Shown here: in pieces, positions 1 through 10,154 of the stretch
Layout of the letters: each line of letters starts with the position of its first letter
Numbering within the stretch: position 1 is the first letter of the stretch
Origin: a bacterium
GTDB taxonomy: Bacteria > Patescibacteriota > Minisyncoccia > Phycocordibacterales > Zambryskibacteraceae
Direction of reading: 5' to 3'
DNA length: 64,000 nucleotides
Assembly (NCBI GenBank): GCA_030649135.1
Contig: JAUSGI010000002.1
Coordinates: 6,294-70,293, forward strand
The notes under the pieces: model-generated
Told to the model about the DNA's origin: nothing
What the model saw: the letters and a program-made list of their open reading frames with translations, nothing else
Database searches by the model: none
Program-made: the position numbers and the translations under genes

Positions 1-339
1 TGTGATAGCGACACCGGTAAGCAAACCTCCTCGCACCAACGGATGCTCGTATTGACTAATTTGGTATCCTTTCGGAATATCAGGGTAGAAATAGTTTTTA
101 CGGTCAAATTCCGTATAATCGGCAATTTCTCCGCCTATCGCCACTCCAAGGCGTAAAACACTTCGCACCGCTTCTTTATTTATCACCGGCAAAGTGCCGG
201 GATATCCTAGGCAGATTGGGCAGACATTGGTATTGGGGCGTGATTCGTCAGTATTATTTCCAGAGTTACAGAACATCTTAGTCTTAGTCGAGAGCTCCGC
301 ATGTATTTCAAGCCCAATAGTCAAGATATAGTCCTTCAT
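1..339 (-). CDS. gatB: Asp/Glu-tRNA(Asn/Gln) amidotransferase subunit B, N-terminal part; the 3-prime end runs off the window
   Basis: Minus-strand translation starting at ATG 339-337 reads [29 protein letters not shown]...[14 protein letters not shown]...[23 protein letters not shown]. This is the conserved GatB N-terminus and it stays open to position 1. Confidence 0.85.
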   Translation of the reverse strand, partial: MKDYILTIGLEIHAELSTKTKMFCNSGNNTDESRPNTNVCPICLGYPGTLPVINKEAVRSVLRLGVAIGGEIADYTEFDRKNYFYPDIPKGYQISQYEHPLVRGGLLTGVAIT

Positions 340-341
340 GA

Positions 342-1301
342 TTAAAAAGTTTTGCTGATGACATTGCCAAATTCTTTGACTAGTTTGTCATCCAGTACGG
401 AAACCGGATATACCTTCGAGCTAACTTTTTTTAAGAGCTTGAGCTTTTTGCCCTGTTCTTCTTTTGTTAGAGTGTCAACTTTGGTAAGGACAACAACTTC
501 GGTCTTCTTCAACATGTTCTTATTATAGAGCCCAAGTTCGTTTCGAACCACTTTATAAGCGTTCAGGGGATCCTCTTCCTCGGCAGAAACACAATGGACG
601 AGAGCCTTGGTACGTTCGATATGGCGCAAAAACTTATGGCCCAAACCCTTGCCTTTGGCCGCTCCCTCCAAGAGACCGGGAATGTCGGCCAGGATAAGTC
701 CATAAAAGTCTCCTAAACTTGGTTCAACGGTAGTAAATGGAAAGTTGCCCACTTTGGATTGAGCACTAGTGAGAGCATTCAAGAGACTTGATTTGCCGGC
801 ATTGGGCAAGCCTACAATACCCACATCGACGACCAAGAGAAGCTCAATGTGAAAATCTGCCTCTTCCCCCGAAACACCGGGAGTAGACTGTTTGGGGCGA
901 ATATTGGTTGAACCCTTAAAATGATTGTTTCCCAATCCCCCTCTTCCTCCACGAAGAAGTAACACCTTTTCACCATCTTTCAGAAGTTCCGTGGCATACC
1001 CTGTGGTGAGATTCGTTAGGCGTGAGCCGACAGGTAGTTTTATGACAACATCTTTCCCCACTCCGCCCTGCTTGAGGTCTTTAGCTCCATCCTCTCCACG
1101 TCCCGCTTCAAACTTCCCCACATTGCGATAGGCCGATAGAATACCGATATCCCGTACAGCGAGAGCATGAACATCGCCCCCTTTGCCACCGTTACCACCA
1201 GAGGGACCGCCATGGTCTTTGCCTTTCTCATGTCGCCAGCGCACTACACCGTCGCCGCCGCGACCAGCTTTAAAGTGAAGTGTTAATTCGTCTATAAACA
1301 T
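342..1301 (-). CDS. obg: GTPase Obg/CgtA
   Basis: Glycine-rich Obg fold ([20 protein letters not shown]), G1 motif [11 protein letters not shown], and the DIPGLLEGA and LTKVD motifs. Confidence 0.9.
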   Translation of the reverse strand: MFIDELTLHFKAGRGGDGVVRWRHEKGKDHGGPSGGNGGKGGDVHALAVRDIGILSAYRNVGKFEAGRGEDGAKDLKQGGVGKDVVIKLPVGSRLTNLTTGYATELLKDGEKVLLLRGGRGGLGNNHFKGSTNIRPKQSTPGVSGEEADFHIELLLVVDVGIVGLPNAGKSSLLNALTSAQSKVGNFPFTTVEPSLGDFYGLILADIPGLLEGAAKGKGLGHKFLRHIERTKALVHCVSAEEEDPLNAYKVVRNELGLYNKNMLKKTEVVVLTKVDTLTKEEQGKKLKLLKKVSSKVYPVSVLDDKLVKEFGNVISKTF

Positions 1302-1310
1302 TCCCTTACC

Positions 1311-2183
1311 TTATGCATTAAGAGCAATTTCCGCAAGTGCTATCGCACCCTCTTTGCTTTGAGCCACTGCCGTAAAGAGTGCCCTATGACAAAACACGGC
1401 ATCCGGTACGCCTGTGATTTGCTGTAACTCTTTGTCTTTTTTACCCGCCCAAGATAGAGGCAGGGGTCGGCGTGACACGAAGCCGGTATCTTGAACTACT
1501 CTAAGACCCCATCGACTGTCATTACGAGGATAGACTACAAACAACACCTCCGGTTTTTCCGCAAAAACACGCCCCCACGGCAATTCTTCCGGCAAAATAA
1601 CAATTCGTTTGTCAGGGCTCGCCTCATAAACTTCTCTGACTTTAGCCTCGCCCGCAATAATATTTTTAGCTTTAGCAATCTCCCTTAGCAAAAGCTCTCT
1701 GGCCACACCGACCAGTTGCATAAAAATTCTATAAAGTTCCTCCTCACTTTCATGAAGACTCGGTAGAAATGAATAGAGAAAATCGACAATACTGTATGTC
1801 CTGACATTTTTAAAACGGTAATCGGCAATAGAGACTCCGTTATCGTGAGCATCCAACGGCTGCATAAGATTAATATCTATCAAATCCGTGACCTCTTGAC
1901 TGCCGGATAGCTTCTCTCCGAACTCTTTCCACACTAGTCCACAAGAAGCATAAGGGATGCCGTTTGGTCTCTCTCCCGCACCGCCGGGCTGGTGATGGTC
2001 AAAACGATGGGTGGCCGGGTCATGGGTCATTCCAACATCGACAACATAGTCGGCCAGGGCAATCTGGTCTGCATCACGAGTGCGGACCACTTTGGACTCG
2101 CCAATTGTCAACATTAAAATGGCCACAGCAAAGATATCATCGGCTTGGAAAGAACCGCTATGAGTGAGGATGGTTTTTGCCAT
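1311..2183 (-). CDS. MYG1/UPF0160-family metal-dependent hydrolase
   Basis: Opens MAKTILTHSGSFQADDIFA and carries the His-rich metal motif DPATHRFDHHQ; both are typical of MYG1/GAMM1 proteins. Confidence 0.7.
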   Translation of the reverse strand: MAKTILTHSGSFQADDIFAVAILMLTIGESKVVRTRDADQIALADYVVDVGMTHDPATHRFDHHQPGGAGERPNGIPYASCGLVWKEFGEKLSGSQEVTDLIDINLMQPLDAHDNGVSIADYRFKNVRTYSIVDFLYSFLPSLHESEEELYRIFMQLVGVARELLLREIAKAKNIIAGEAKVREVYEASPDKRIVILPEELPWGRVFAEKPEVLFVVYPRNDSRWGLRVVQDTGFVSRRPLPLSWAGKKDKELQQITGVPDAVFCHRALFTAVAQSKEGAIALAEIALNA

Positions 2184-2721
2184 AAATTTTATCGGCCCAA
2201 GCGAGAAGCAAAATGTAGAGCGAGACGGTGAGCGACATCATAGGGATAGTGATATAGCCGAACGCCATAACGTAAATCTTCGAGCAGGCGCCACCTAGCG
2301 CGGTGCAGGGCAGAATTGATGTGCCGCCAAGAGAGATGTATGACTGATAGGCGGCAAGAAGAGCCGAAGCCAGAGCAAAAGGCAAGGCGTAGAGAAAGGC
2401 GGACTCGGCCTTTTTCCACAGAGCCACCCAAAAGATAATGGCCAAAGGATAGAGGAAAACTCTCTGCCACCAACACAACGAACACGGCTCGAAACCCATA
2501 ATCTCGGAATAAAAGAGTGAGCCGATAATAGCGACGAGAGCAGTCAAACATGCAAGCAGTATGGCATGTTTCCCTAGTGATACCGAGAGTATCATGCCCC
2601 ATGAGTTTCTGAAAATAAGAGCGAAAAACAAAACCACCCAAACGACGTGGGAGAAGAGAACCAGGTACGGCAGCAGTAAATTGATATTCTCAACCATTGC
2701 TTTCCGGTAATTCCACCTCAC
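2158..2721 (-). CDS. Disulfide bond formation protein B (DsbB/BdbC family) membrane protein
   Basis: Multi-TM protein with the paired cysteines CSLCWWQR in a periplasmic loop. The overlapping 150-aa ORF 2189..2641 is judged spurious. Confidence 0.55.
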   Translation of the reverse strand: MRWNYRKAMVENINLLLPYLVLFSHVVWVVLFFALIFRNSWGMILSVSLGKHAILLACLTALVAIIGSLFYSEIMGFEPCSLCWWQRVFLYPLAIIFWVALWKKAESAFLYALPFALASALLAAYQSYISLGGTSILPCTALGGACSKIYVMAFGYITIPMMSLTVSLYILLLAWADKIYGKNHPHS

Positions 2722-3094
2722 TATCTGGCAGAGGGCATCCTGTGGCTTCGCTCAAACGTTTCAAAGGAACTTCTCCACTCTCGCGACTACCATCGGCAAA
2801 TTCCCAAGTCGGGTAACCGGTAACCTTTGCTTCTGTACATATCGGCAGTTGATTTCTGCCATCCGGTGTAGAACATTCCACATAAGGAAGAAATTTAGCG
2901 GAAGAACCAAACAGGGCCTTCTGGTTCTGGCAATGTTGACACCAAAAAGCGCCATAAAAGATAGTCCCGCTGTCCTTGATACAGGACGCGAATGTGTCCA
3001 ACTTCCCCGGCTTACTAGGCATTCTGATAATCCAGACCAAACCGGCAACTGCCAATACTAACATCGAAAGCCATATTAACTTATTTTTCGTCAT
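2690..3094 (-). CDS. Membrane-anchored thioredoxin-like thiol-disulfide oxidoreductase (DsbA/BdbA-like)
   Basis: N-terminal TM anchor followed by the CxxC active site WCQHC. It lies adjacent to a DsbB-like gene. Confidence 0.55.
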   Translation of the reverse strand: MTKNKLIWLSMLVLAVAGLVWIIRMPSKPGKLDTFASCIKDSGTIFYGAFWCQHCQNQKALFGSSAKFLPYVECSTPDGRNQLPICTEAKVTGYPTWEFADGSRESGEVPLKRLSEATGCPLPDSEVELPESNG

Positions 3095-3108
3095 ATTTTT
3101 ATATTATA

Positions 3109-5574
3109 TCAGATGCTAGCTCCGTGGCACTTCTTGTATTTCTTGCCGCTACCGCAAGGGCATGGGTCGTTTCTACCAACTTCGGCTTTGGGAGAAACGG
3201 CTGAACGTGAGGTATCTGAGAGTGTCGTGGCCTCTACTGCTATGGGAGCCATCTTAAAAGAAGTGAGCGCTTCCAGATTGATAGCAATAACAAATTCGGC
3301 AATCTGCCGAGCAATGGACACTTCCATATCTCTGAAAAATCTTAAACCATCTTTCTTGTACTCCACCAGAGGGTCGCGTTGACCATAGGCACGCAAATTC
3401 ACGCTCCCGCGCAGATATTCCATCATCTCCAAGTGGTCAACCCAGAACAAGTCTATGGTCTGGAGAATCACCCTCCGCAGAACCTCGACTACTTCTGGAG
3501 TGTCAAGGGACATCTGTGACATTTTATTATTTACCTTATCCGTCATCTCTTGGTCTAAATGCTCCGCTACCTCGACTAAATATCCTTTGATTTCAGCCTG
3601 ACCACCGACCAAAACTTTGCGACGGTGGCCATAAATAATACCCCGTTGAAAATTTAGTACGTCATCGAACTCGAGCACATGTTTCCTAGCATCAAAGTTG
3701 AAACCCTCTATTTTTTCTTGCGCCTTTTCAAGAGAGTTCGTTATAAGCTTGTTTTCTATGGGTTCGTCTTCGGGTATGTTGAAGCGTCCCATCATCTTTT
3801 TAATGGCATCCACGGCAAAAATACGCATCAAAGAATCCTCCAGAGAAACAAAAAACTGCGTCTCACCCGGGTCTCCTTGCCTACCGGAGCGTCCACGTAA
3901 CTGATTATCTATACGCCGAGCATCATGCCGCTCGGTACCAAGGACAAACAGACCGCCAAGTGTCCTAATGTCTTCATAAGCCCCCCGGGCAGCGGGATTA
4001 CCGCCAAGCTTAATATCAATGCCACGACCGGCCATATTGGTGGCAAGCGTTACAGCCCCTCGCTTACCGGCTTGAGCGATAATCTCGCCCTCTCGTTCAT
4101 GGTTCTTGGCGTTTAAGATTTCATGTTTGATTCCCTCGTTCTTTAAATAAGTCGAAAGAAGTTCATTGTGTTCTATAGAGACCGTACCGATGAGAACCGG
4201 CTGGCCTATTTTGCTCAACTCTCCGACTTTTTTAGCCACCGCTTTCATCTTGCCGGCTTGCGTTTGGAAAATCTGATCGCCGTGGTCCGTGCGGGCCACC
4301 GGTTTATTGGTCGGGATAACAAAAGTTTCTAAGCCATAAACTTTATAAAATTCTTCTTTGGAAGTAACAGCGGTGCCGGTCATGCCGGAGAGCTTCCGGT
4401 ACATACGAAAATAATTTTGGAAAGTGATACTGGCGAAAGTGCGGCTCTCTTCCTTAATACCCACGCCCTCCTTGGCCTCTATGGCTTGATGCAAACCTTC
4501 CGACCATCTCCTGCCGGGTTGCAGACGACCGGTAAAGGCATCCACGATGACCACCTCGTTATCTTTGACTACATATTCTTTGTCTCGCTGATACAGAGAC
4601 TTGGCCCTGACAGCTGTCTCAAGATGATGCACATATTTGACGCCGCCTTCGGCGTAAATATTTTCGATTCCCAAGGATTTCTCGGCCTTATTTAACCCAT
4701 CATCCGTCAAAGAAATGGCGCGCAGCTTTTCGTCAACTGTAAAATCTGGACCCTCTTCAAGCCCCCGAGCAATCTTGGCAAATTTTTCATATAGTTCTCC
4801 GGCAGTACCGGTATTGCCGGAAATAATGAGAGGCGTCCGCGCCTCGTCAATCAGAATGGAGTCTATTTCGTCAACAATAGCGTAATGGTAGTCCCGTTGG
4901 GAAAGATGTTCCTTATTATAAAGCAGGTTATCACGCAGATAATCGAAACCAAATTCATTGTTGGTACCATAGGTAATATCCGCCCGATAAGCCTCTTGCT
5001 TGGTGGCCGGCCTCAAGAACTCATGAACCACGCGGAAAGAACCAAGTTCATCACGTTCTTTATCTTTCTCCATATGAGACTCGTCATAAATAAAAGACTC
5101 CGCATGATTGAGCACACCCACGGACAGGCCAAGATAAGCATAAATTTCTCCCATCCAGACAGCGTCACGGCGGGAGAGGTGGTCATTAACCGTCACTATA
5201 TGTACCCCCTTACTCATAAGAGCGACGAGGTAAGCAGGTAGTGTCGCTACCAAGGTCTTACCTTCTCCCGTTTTCATTTCCGCGATTCCACCTTTGTAGA
5301 GAGCAATGCCACCAAGAAGCTGGACATCAAAATGTCTTTGCCCGAGGGTACGCTTAGCCGCCTCCCGCACAACGGCAAAAGCTTCCGGCAATATATCGTC
5401 CAGAGTTTCACCTTTAGCGATACGGCTTCTGAATTCGGTAGTTTGGGCCTTCAGCTCTGCAGGCGAGAGATTCTCTAGCGAAGATTCGAGCGCATTCGTG
5501 CGCTCGACAATCGGTTTCCAAGACTTAAGTAATTTCTCCTCGGGAGTACCGAAAAGGCTCTTAAAAAAGGCCAT
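3109..5574 (-). CDS. secA: Preprotein translocase ATPase SecA
   Basis: 821 aa with DEAD-like motor motifs ([39 protein letters not shown]) and a C-terminal zinc finger [14 protein letters not shown]. Confidence 0.95.
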   Translation of the reverse strand: MAFFKSLFGTPEEKLLKSWKPIVERTNALESSLENLSPAELKAQTTEFRSRIAKGETLDDILPEAFAVVREAAKRTLGQRHFDVQLLGGIALYKGGIAEMKTGEGKTLVATLPAYLVALMSKGVHIVTVNDHLSRRDAVWMGEIYAYLGLSVGVLNHAESFIYDESHMEKDKERDELGSFRVVHEFLRPATKQEAYRADITYGTNNEFGFDYLRDNLLYNKEHLSQRDYHYAIVDEIDSILIDEARTPLIISGNTGTAGELYEKFAKIARGLEEGPDFTVDEKLRAISLTDDGLNKAEKSLGIENIYAEGGVKYVHHLETAVRAKSLYQRDKEYVVKDNEVVIVDAFTGRLQPGRRWSEGLHQAIEAKEGVGIKEESRTFASITFQNYFRMYRKLSGMTGTAVTSKEEFYKVYGLETFVIPTNKPVARTDHGDQIFQTQAGKMKAVAKKVGELSKIGQPVLIGTVSIEHNELLSTYLKNEGIKHEILNAKNHEREGEIIAQAGKRGAVTLATNMAGRGIDIKLGGNPAARGAYEDIRTLGGLFVLGTERHDARRIDNQLRGRSGRQGDPGETQFFVSLEDSLMRIFAVDAIKKMMGRFNIPEDEPIENKLITNSLEKAQEKIEGFNFDARKHVLEFDDVLNFQRGIIYGHRRKVLVGGQAEIKGYLVEVAEHLDQEMTDKVNNKMSQMSLDTPEVVEVLRRVILQTIDLFWVDHLEMMEYLRGSVNLRAYGQRDPLVEYKKDGLRFFRDMEVSIARQIAEFVIAINLEALTSFKMAPIAVEATTLSDTSRSAVSPKAEVGRNDPCPCGSGKKYKKCHGASI

Positions 5575-5617
5575 AAGACGCCTATTTTAACACGTTTTAG
5601 GCCCCCGCCCAAGCGGG

Positions 5618-5650
5618 GTAAAAAAGAAAAAACGCCCTTGCGGGGGCGTT
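5618..5650 (-). terminator. Rho-independent-type hairpin, symmetric A/T flanks (bidirectional)
   Basis: ACGCCC-ttgcgg-GGGCGT flanked by an A-run 5-prime and a T-run 3-prime. It lies immediately downstream of the tiny basic ORF on the minus strand. Confidence 0.5.
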
Positions 5651-5686
5651 TTTTCTTTGAGCGGTCCGCCGATGGGCAGACTACAC

Positions 5687-5746
5687 TTACCTTCTCTTCT
5701 TTGAAGACTTTCTCTTCTTGGAAGCAGCTTTTCTTTTCTTTGCCAT
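5687..5746 (-). CDS. Candidate tiny basic peptide, 19 aa (MAKKRKAASKKRKSSKKRR)
   Basis: ATG with a GGGG stretch upstream, stop TAA, then the strong hairpin terminator. The extreme K/R content resembles very small ribosome-associated peptides. It is below the ORF-track size cut-off. Confidence 0.25.
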   Translation of the reverse strand: MAKKRKAASKKRKSSKKRR

Positions 5747-5999
5747 TGTGTTGCCCCAACATGATGTCGGGAAATTATTATTAACGTCTGTCGCAGATAA
5801 ATATTTTTAGAAACAATCTGTCTGCGGTTGCATTCATTATGGTACTAAAAGTTAACATATACAATAGGGAAAATAAAAAAATGTGGATAACTTTTTAAAA
5901 ATTTCCGTCCGCACGCGGAGAGCGGGGCTAGCTCCAAACGAATATCTTTGTGAGTGCGGCCGCTCTCCACGAACAAAAAGAAACTAATACCATTATAAC

Positions 6000-6030
6000 T
6001 ATAAAAACGTAAATCCCGCCAGAGGCGGGA
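6000..6030 (-). terminator. Hairpin TCCCGCC-aga-GGCGGGA followed on the minus strand by a T-rich tract
   Basis: Located about 70 nt downstream of the stop of the 6100..8148 minus-strand gene. Confidence 0.5.
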
Positions 6031-6099
6031 CTTACGCAGACATTCGTTCGTTTGGTGCTAGTTTCGAGCACCCACTCCGCCAGCATAGCATAGTCTGGA

Positions 6100-8148
6100 C
6101 TAATTTGCAACTTTTTCGAGATATTGTCGGTAAATACTCTCCTTGGCAGGGTCCAGCTTGATACGACTCCCGAGTAGGCCCCTCACCCTATCGGTTCGCC
6201 CATTGGCATAATAGGCATTCAGAATCCGATCGTCGAAAATTACTTCCCTTTCGGTCAGTGTATTCATTATTTTACTTTCGACAATTTTATCACCGGCGTA
6301 AATCGCGCCCACCAGATAAATCACCCTGGCTTCCGTATATTCCGGTGCCAATTCGTATGCTTCTCTGAAAATATCGAGCGCCTTAAGTGGTTCCTTTTTA
6401 TTTATATAAGCTGCACCGATTTCAAAATACACCTGTTGTTTGCCCGGCATCAACGCTCGAGAAACTTCCAAATGAGTTAATGCTTCATCAAGAAGTCCGA
6501 CAGTAGAAAGAAACGACCCAGCCAGTAACTCGTAGCGAGCGTCTCCATTCAAATCATCTGTTTGTCCAAGCAGGACATCCTTGGCGAAACTGAAGAATGC
6601 GTTCTTCTCTTCCATAGAAAGACCGCTGGACAGGATGGCAATCGAGTTGGCGGCAATATGCTCCGCCACCTCCGGTCGACCAAGACGTGATGCGTTGTAG
6701 GCCTTCTTAAAGTTTGCCACCGCGACGGGAACTTGCCCAGACGTTTGCAGAGATTGGAGAGCTTTTATGATAAATATGTTAGTAATAATCGGTTTAATAT
6801 TGGCAAAATATAAAGAGAGTATAAGCAAAATAGAAACCACCGGCAAAGCAATTCCCTTCACTTGTATATCGGAAAGTGTTTGCCCCCACAGAGTTCCGCC
6901 ATTATTCCTATAATGCACATAGGCAAGGAGAGAGAAGAATAGGGTGTAGCTAATAAGATTGTCGAAGACGAAAAAGTTATGGAAAAAGTACGTGGCTACC
7001 AGGCCAGTGAGAACGGACTTCTCCGTGTGAGACAAATTGGCATATTTCCAAATGGAAAATAGAAGCGCCACGTATAGAGCCAAGTAAGAAACAAGGCCGA
7101 GTAACCCACCAGCCACCATCCAGTCCAGAAAAATGTTGTGAGCGCGGTCGAACCATGGCTCTAAATTAAACATCTGCGGGTCATAGTACTGATTAAAAAC
7201 ATAATTAAAATTATCCTGCCCCCAACCCAAGAGCGGTCTTTCTTGGAATCCTTTGACAGCCATCGGCCAGACAAAATATCTTCCCTGTGTCTTTATCGCT
7301 TCCGTAGTGAGAGAAGAGAAACGCGAAAGTATTGGACTATTCTGTATGAAGTTTCTGTCCTTAAACAACATGAAGCCTCCGACCAAGACCACCAATCCCA
7401 CCAGGAGAGCCGCACTCGCCCTGCGGACAAGTTTGTCTTCTTTATTGGCAAGGTTAAGAACGGCCATGATGAATATACCGCCAATGAGTCCGAGAATAGC
7501 CCCTCGTGTGGCTGTCTGGTAGAGAATGAAGGCTTGGGAAAGGATGAGCAGTCCGTAGACCCATCTCAAAGCCACATTCTTCCACTCACGCCAGAGAAAA
7601 AGCAAAGCGATAAAAATATGAAAAAGCATGTAGACGGCCAAATAAATAGCGTTGCCTAGGGTACCATCTACCCGTACTCCTCCTTGATTTATCGCTCTTA
7701 ATCCGATGATCTGCAAAATGCAATACAGAACCATCAAGAACGATGCCACAAGCGAGACATTCCACCATCTCTTCCAATCGATTTCTCTAAAAACAGAGGA
7801 AGTGACCACGAAAAACATTCCCAAGTGTAATAGAGTAATAAACCCTTCCATACGTTCGAAGTTCGACCAGAAACTCTTGACTGGGGCCACACCGAAGAGA
7901 TCGGCAACACCAACAATCACCAAAAAACCTACCACTGCGTACAAGATGACGGATTTTTTCGGGCGAGAATCGACATCGTAGAGGGCAAGCAAGACCCAGA
8001 CAGCAAACACAATTTCTACAATAATTCTCCAAGTAAAAGCCTTAGTAGTGATGAAGGGGAAAAAAAGTGAACTGGACACAAGAAATGGAACGAACGGAAC
8101 CAAGAAAAGGCCGACGAGGATAATGTTTCGCGGTATTTGTTTATTCAT
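6100..8148 (-). CDS. O-antigen ligase (Wzy_C/WaaL) family membrane protein with a C-terminal TPR-repeat domain
   Basis: About 12 TM helices, the ligase signature region (TATRGAILGLIGG ... WGQDNFNYVF ... AHNIFLDWMVAGG) and a soluble C-terminal helical-repeat (TPR-like) domain. Confidence 0.75.
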   Translation of the reverse strand: MNKQIPRNIILVGLFLVPFVPFLVSSSLFFPFITTKAFTWRIIVEIVFAVWVLLALYDVDSRPKKSVILYAVVGFLVIVGVADLFGVAPVKSFWSNFERMEGFITLLHLGMFFVVTSSVFREIDWKRWWNVSLVASFLMVLYCILQIIGLRAINQGGVRVDGTLGNAIYLAVYMLFHIFIALLFLWREWKNVALRWVYGLLILSQAFILYQTATRGAILGLIGGIFIMAVLNLANKEDKLVRRASAALLVGLVVLVGGFMLFKDRNFIQNSPILSRFSSLTTEAIKTQGRYFVWPMAVKGFQERPLLGWGQDNFNYVFNQYYDPQMFNLEPWFDRAHNIFLDWMVAGGLLGLVSYLALYVALLFSIWKYANLSHTEKSVLTGLVATYFFHNFFVFDNLISYTLFFSLLAYVHYRNNGGTLWGQTLSDIQVKGIALPVVSILLILSLYFANIKPIITNIFIIKALQSLQTSGQVPVAVANFKKAYNASRLGRPEVAEHIAANSIAILSSGLSMEEKNAFFSFAKDVLLGQTDDLNGDARYELLAGSFLSTVGLLDEALTHLEVSRALMPGKQQVYFEIGAAYINKKEPLKALDIFREAYELAPEYTEARVIYLVGAIYAGDKIVESKIMNTLTEREVIFDDRILNAYYANGRTDRVRGLLGSRIKLDPAKESIYRQYLEKVAN

Positions 8149-9448
8149 CGCTACTATCTTATCATGGTACCAATATATGCCAAATCTGCGTAATGAGAGC
8201 TACCGACTTCTCCGGTGGAGCGAGAGTTTCTTCAAAACTGACATCAACTACCTGGCTAGAGGGGGGTTTTGGCTCTCCATGAGCCAGGGTGTGGCCATGA
8301 TTGCGGGTTTTCTCATTTCTATCGCCTTCGCAAATCTTTTTACAAAAGAGTCATTCGGTACCTACAAATTTATCATTTCAATGGCCGGAATCATAGGAGT
8401 ATTTTCTCTGACCGAAATAGGGACATCGGTTACTCAAGCAGTGGCACGAGACTTTGGGGGTTCTCTCCGCCAAGGTTTCCGCGTGAACTTGAAGTGGAGC
8501 ATTGGAATGTTTCTAAGCGGGCTAGCTCTTGGCATCTACTACTATCTCAACGACAATATGCTTTTATCGTTCTCGTTTCTATTGGCGGGAATATTCTCTC
8601 CAGTCACCGCCAGCGCCAGTCTCTATGCAAACTACATCTTGGGCAAGAAGGACTTCAGAAGAAATTCCTTCTACGCCATGACTCGTAATGCCGCCCCCGC
8701 CCTCGCCCTTATTTTGACACTGGTGCTGACTAGAAGTCTGCCGGCTATTATTGTCGTCTACTTCTTTTCAGGAACGATCGTCACATTATTCCTCTATCAT
8801 AGAACCCTTCGTGCTTACGCACATGAGAACAACAAAGAAGACCCTGAACTTAGCTCCTATAGCAAACACTTGAGCGCCATGGAAGTCATTGGTAATGTTT
8901 CCGGCTACTTGGATAAAATCCTTATTTTCCACTACCTCGGCGCAATACCGCTGGCTGTCTATGCCTTCGCCATTGCTCCAGTTGAACAACTCCAAAGTGG
9001 AAAGAAAATACTAAGCACCTTGATTCTACCTAAATTGAGTGGGCGCTCTTATGAAGAACTACGAGAGTCTGCCCCACGTAAAGCTATAATTCTCACCTTC
9101 TATGCCTTATTGCTCGCCCTAGTCTGGATACTTCTTTCCCCTTACTTCTACAGATTCCTCTATCCGCAGTATCTTGATGCGGTCTTTTACTCGCAAGTTT
9201 ATTCCCTAACCCTCTTGGCCATTTCCGGTACTATATTCGACTATATGCTGGTGGCTCATAAGAAAAAGAAGGAGTTATACTTACATCGCACCATCATCCC
9301 AATCCTTAAGATTGCCCTTTTCGTTATTCTGCTTCCCCTCTTCGGTCTTATGGGTCTCATCGTGGCACACGTCATCACGAGATCTTTCGGTAGTCTCCTG
9401 CTTTATTATCTTGTCAAGCATCCCTTCAAGAGCCAAATAAATGCTTAG
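8048..9448 (+). CDS. Polysaccharide/oligosaccharide flippase (Wzx, MOP superfamily)
   Basis: 12-14 TM helices and the family-typical ARDFG motif. The true start may be the internal ATG at 8123 or 8177, because the 8048 start overlaps the convergent ligase gene by 100 nt. Confidence 0.7.
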   Translation: MMKGKKSELDTRNGTNGTKKRPTRIMFRGICLFIATILSWYQYMPNLRNESYRLLRWSESFFKTDINYLARGGFWLSMSQGVAMIAGFLISIAFANLFTKESFGTYKFIISMAGIIGVFSLTEIGTSVTQAVARDFGGSLRQGFRVNLKWSIGMFLSGLALGIYYYLNDNMLLSFSFLLAGIFSPVTASASLYANYILGKKDFRRNSFYAMTRNAAPALALILTLVLTRSLPAIIVVYFFSGTIVTLFLYHRTLRAYAHENNKEDPELSSYSKHLSAMEVIGNVSGYLDKILIFHYLGAIPLAVYAFAIAPVEQLQSGKKILSTLILPKLSGRSYEELRESAPRKAIILTFYALLLALVWILLSPYFYRFLYPQYLDAVFYSQVYSLTLLAISGTIFDYMLVAHKKKKELYLHRTIIPILKIALFVILLPLFGLMGLIVAHVITRSFGSLLLYYLVKHPFKSQINA

Positions 9449-10151
9449 AGTAACAACCAGTTGGGATGACGGCGACATTTTGGACAAACGTCTGGCTGAC
9501 TTGTTATTACGTTACGGAATCAAAGGTACATTTTATATTTCAAAAGACTATCGCCCCGAACATCTATCAGATCAAGAGATTCTGGACTTAGCCAAAGCGT
9601 ACGAAGTCGGAGCACATACTCTGACCCACCCAGACCTTCGCACCCTCACACCGGCAGAAAAGAAAAACGAAATAAATGGAAGTAAAAAGTGGCTTGAAGA
9701 ACTTCTGGGCGCTGAAATAAAAATGTTTTGCTATCCCAAAGGACTTTATGATGATTCTGTCGTTTCAGCCGTCAAGGAAGCGGGATTTCTTGGAGCTCGT
9801 ACTACCCAACTGGGTGCAATAACTTCAAGTGACCCATTTCTGATGCCTACCACCATTCAAATTTATCCGTTCCCTTTTCGTAAAGATCTAGGAAAATTTC
9901 TTCAACCTTACAAACAGAGGGCTCCAGCTTTAAAAACATTAGGTGTAAGTTATTTCTCAATGTATTCTTGGTTCAACATGTCAAAGGCCGTCTTTGACAT
10001 CGCCCTAGAGAAAGGCGAAACATTCCATCTGTGGGGCCATTCATGGGAAATTGAAAAATATGGCATGTGGGAAGAGCTGGAAAAAATCTTTCAGTATATT
10101 GGGAATAGGAAAGACTGTGTGTATTTAACGAATAGCGAATCAATAAAATAA
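9441..10151 (+). CDS. Polysaccharide deacetylase (NodB homology, CE4)
   Basis: Carries the NodB motifs TTSWDDGD, HTLTHPDL and FCYPKG. Confidence 0.75.
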   Translation: MLRVTTSWDDGDILDKRLADLLLRYGIKGTFYISKDYRPEHLSDQEILDLAKAYEVGAHTLTHPDLRTLTPAEKKNEINGSKKWLEELLGAEIKMFCYPKGLYDDSVVSAVKEAGFLGARTTQLGAITSSDPFLMPTTIQIYPFPFRKDLGKFLQPYKQRAPALKTLGVSYFSMYSWFNMSKAVFDIALEKGETFHLWGHSWEIEKYGMWEELEKIFQYIGNRKDCVYLTNSESIK

Positions 10152-10154
10152 CCA

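Noticed and set aside
5475-5762. 95-aa track ORF on the minus strand spanning the secA start and the intergenic hairpin
   Set aside because: It reads straight through a strong terminator hairpin and overlaps the secA N-terminus. The 19-aa in-frame-shifted basic mini-ORF is the more plausible coding unit, if any.
5575-6099. tRNA or tmRNA in the 525-nt gap (the GGTGCTAGTTTCGAGCACC hairpin looked T-arm-like)
   Set aside because: The loop is 9 nt without the TTC start. No matching acceptor-stem partner (CGGAGTG) occurs upstream, and no tmRNA, SRP or RNase P signature strings are present.
2189-8032. Several internal or antisense track ORFs (for example 2189-2641, 3698-3904, 7243-7659 and 7787-8032)
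   Set aside because: Each is fully embedded in a longer ORF with recognisable family motifs (DsbB, SecA, O-antigen ligase), and none has independent start or stop signals.
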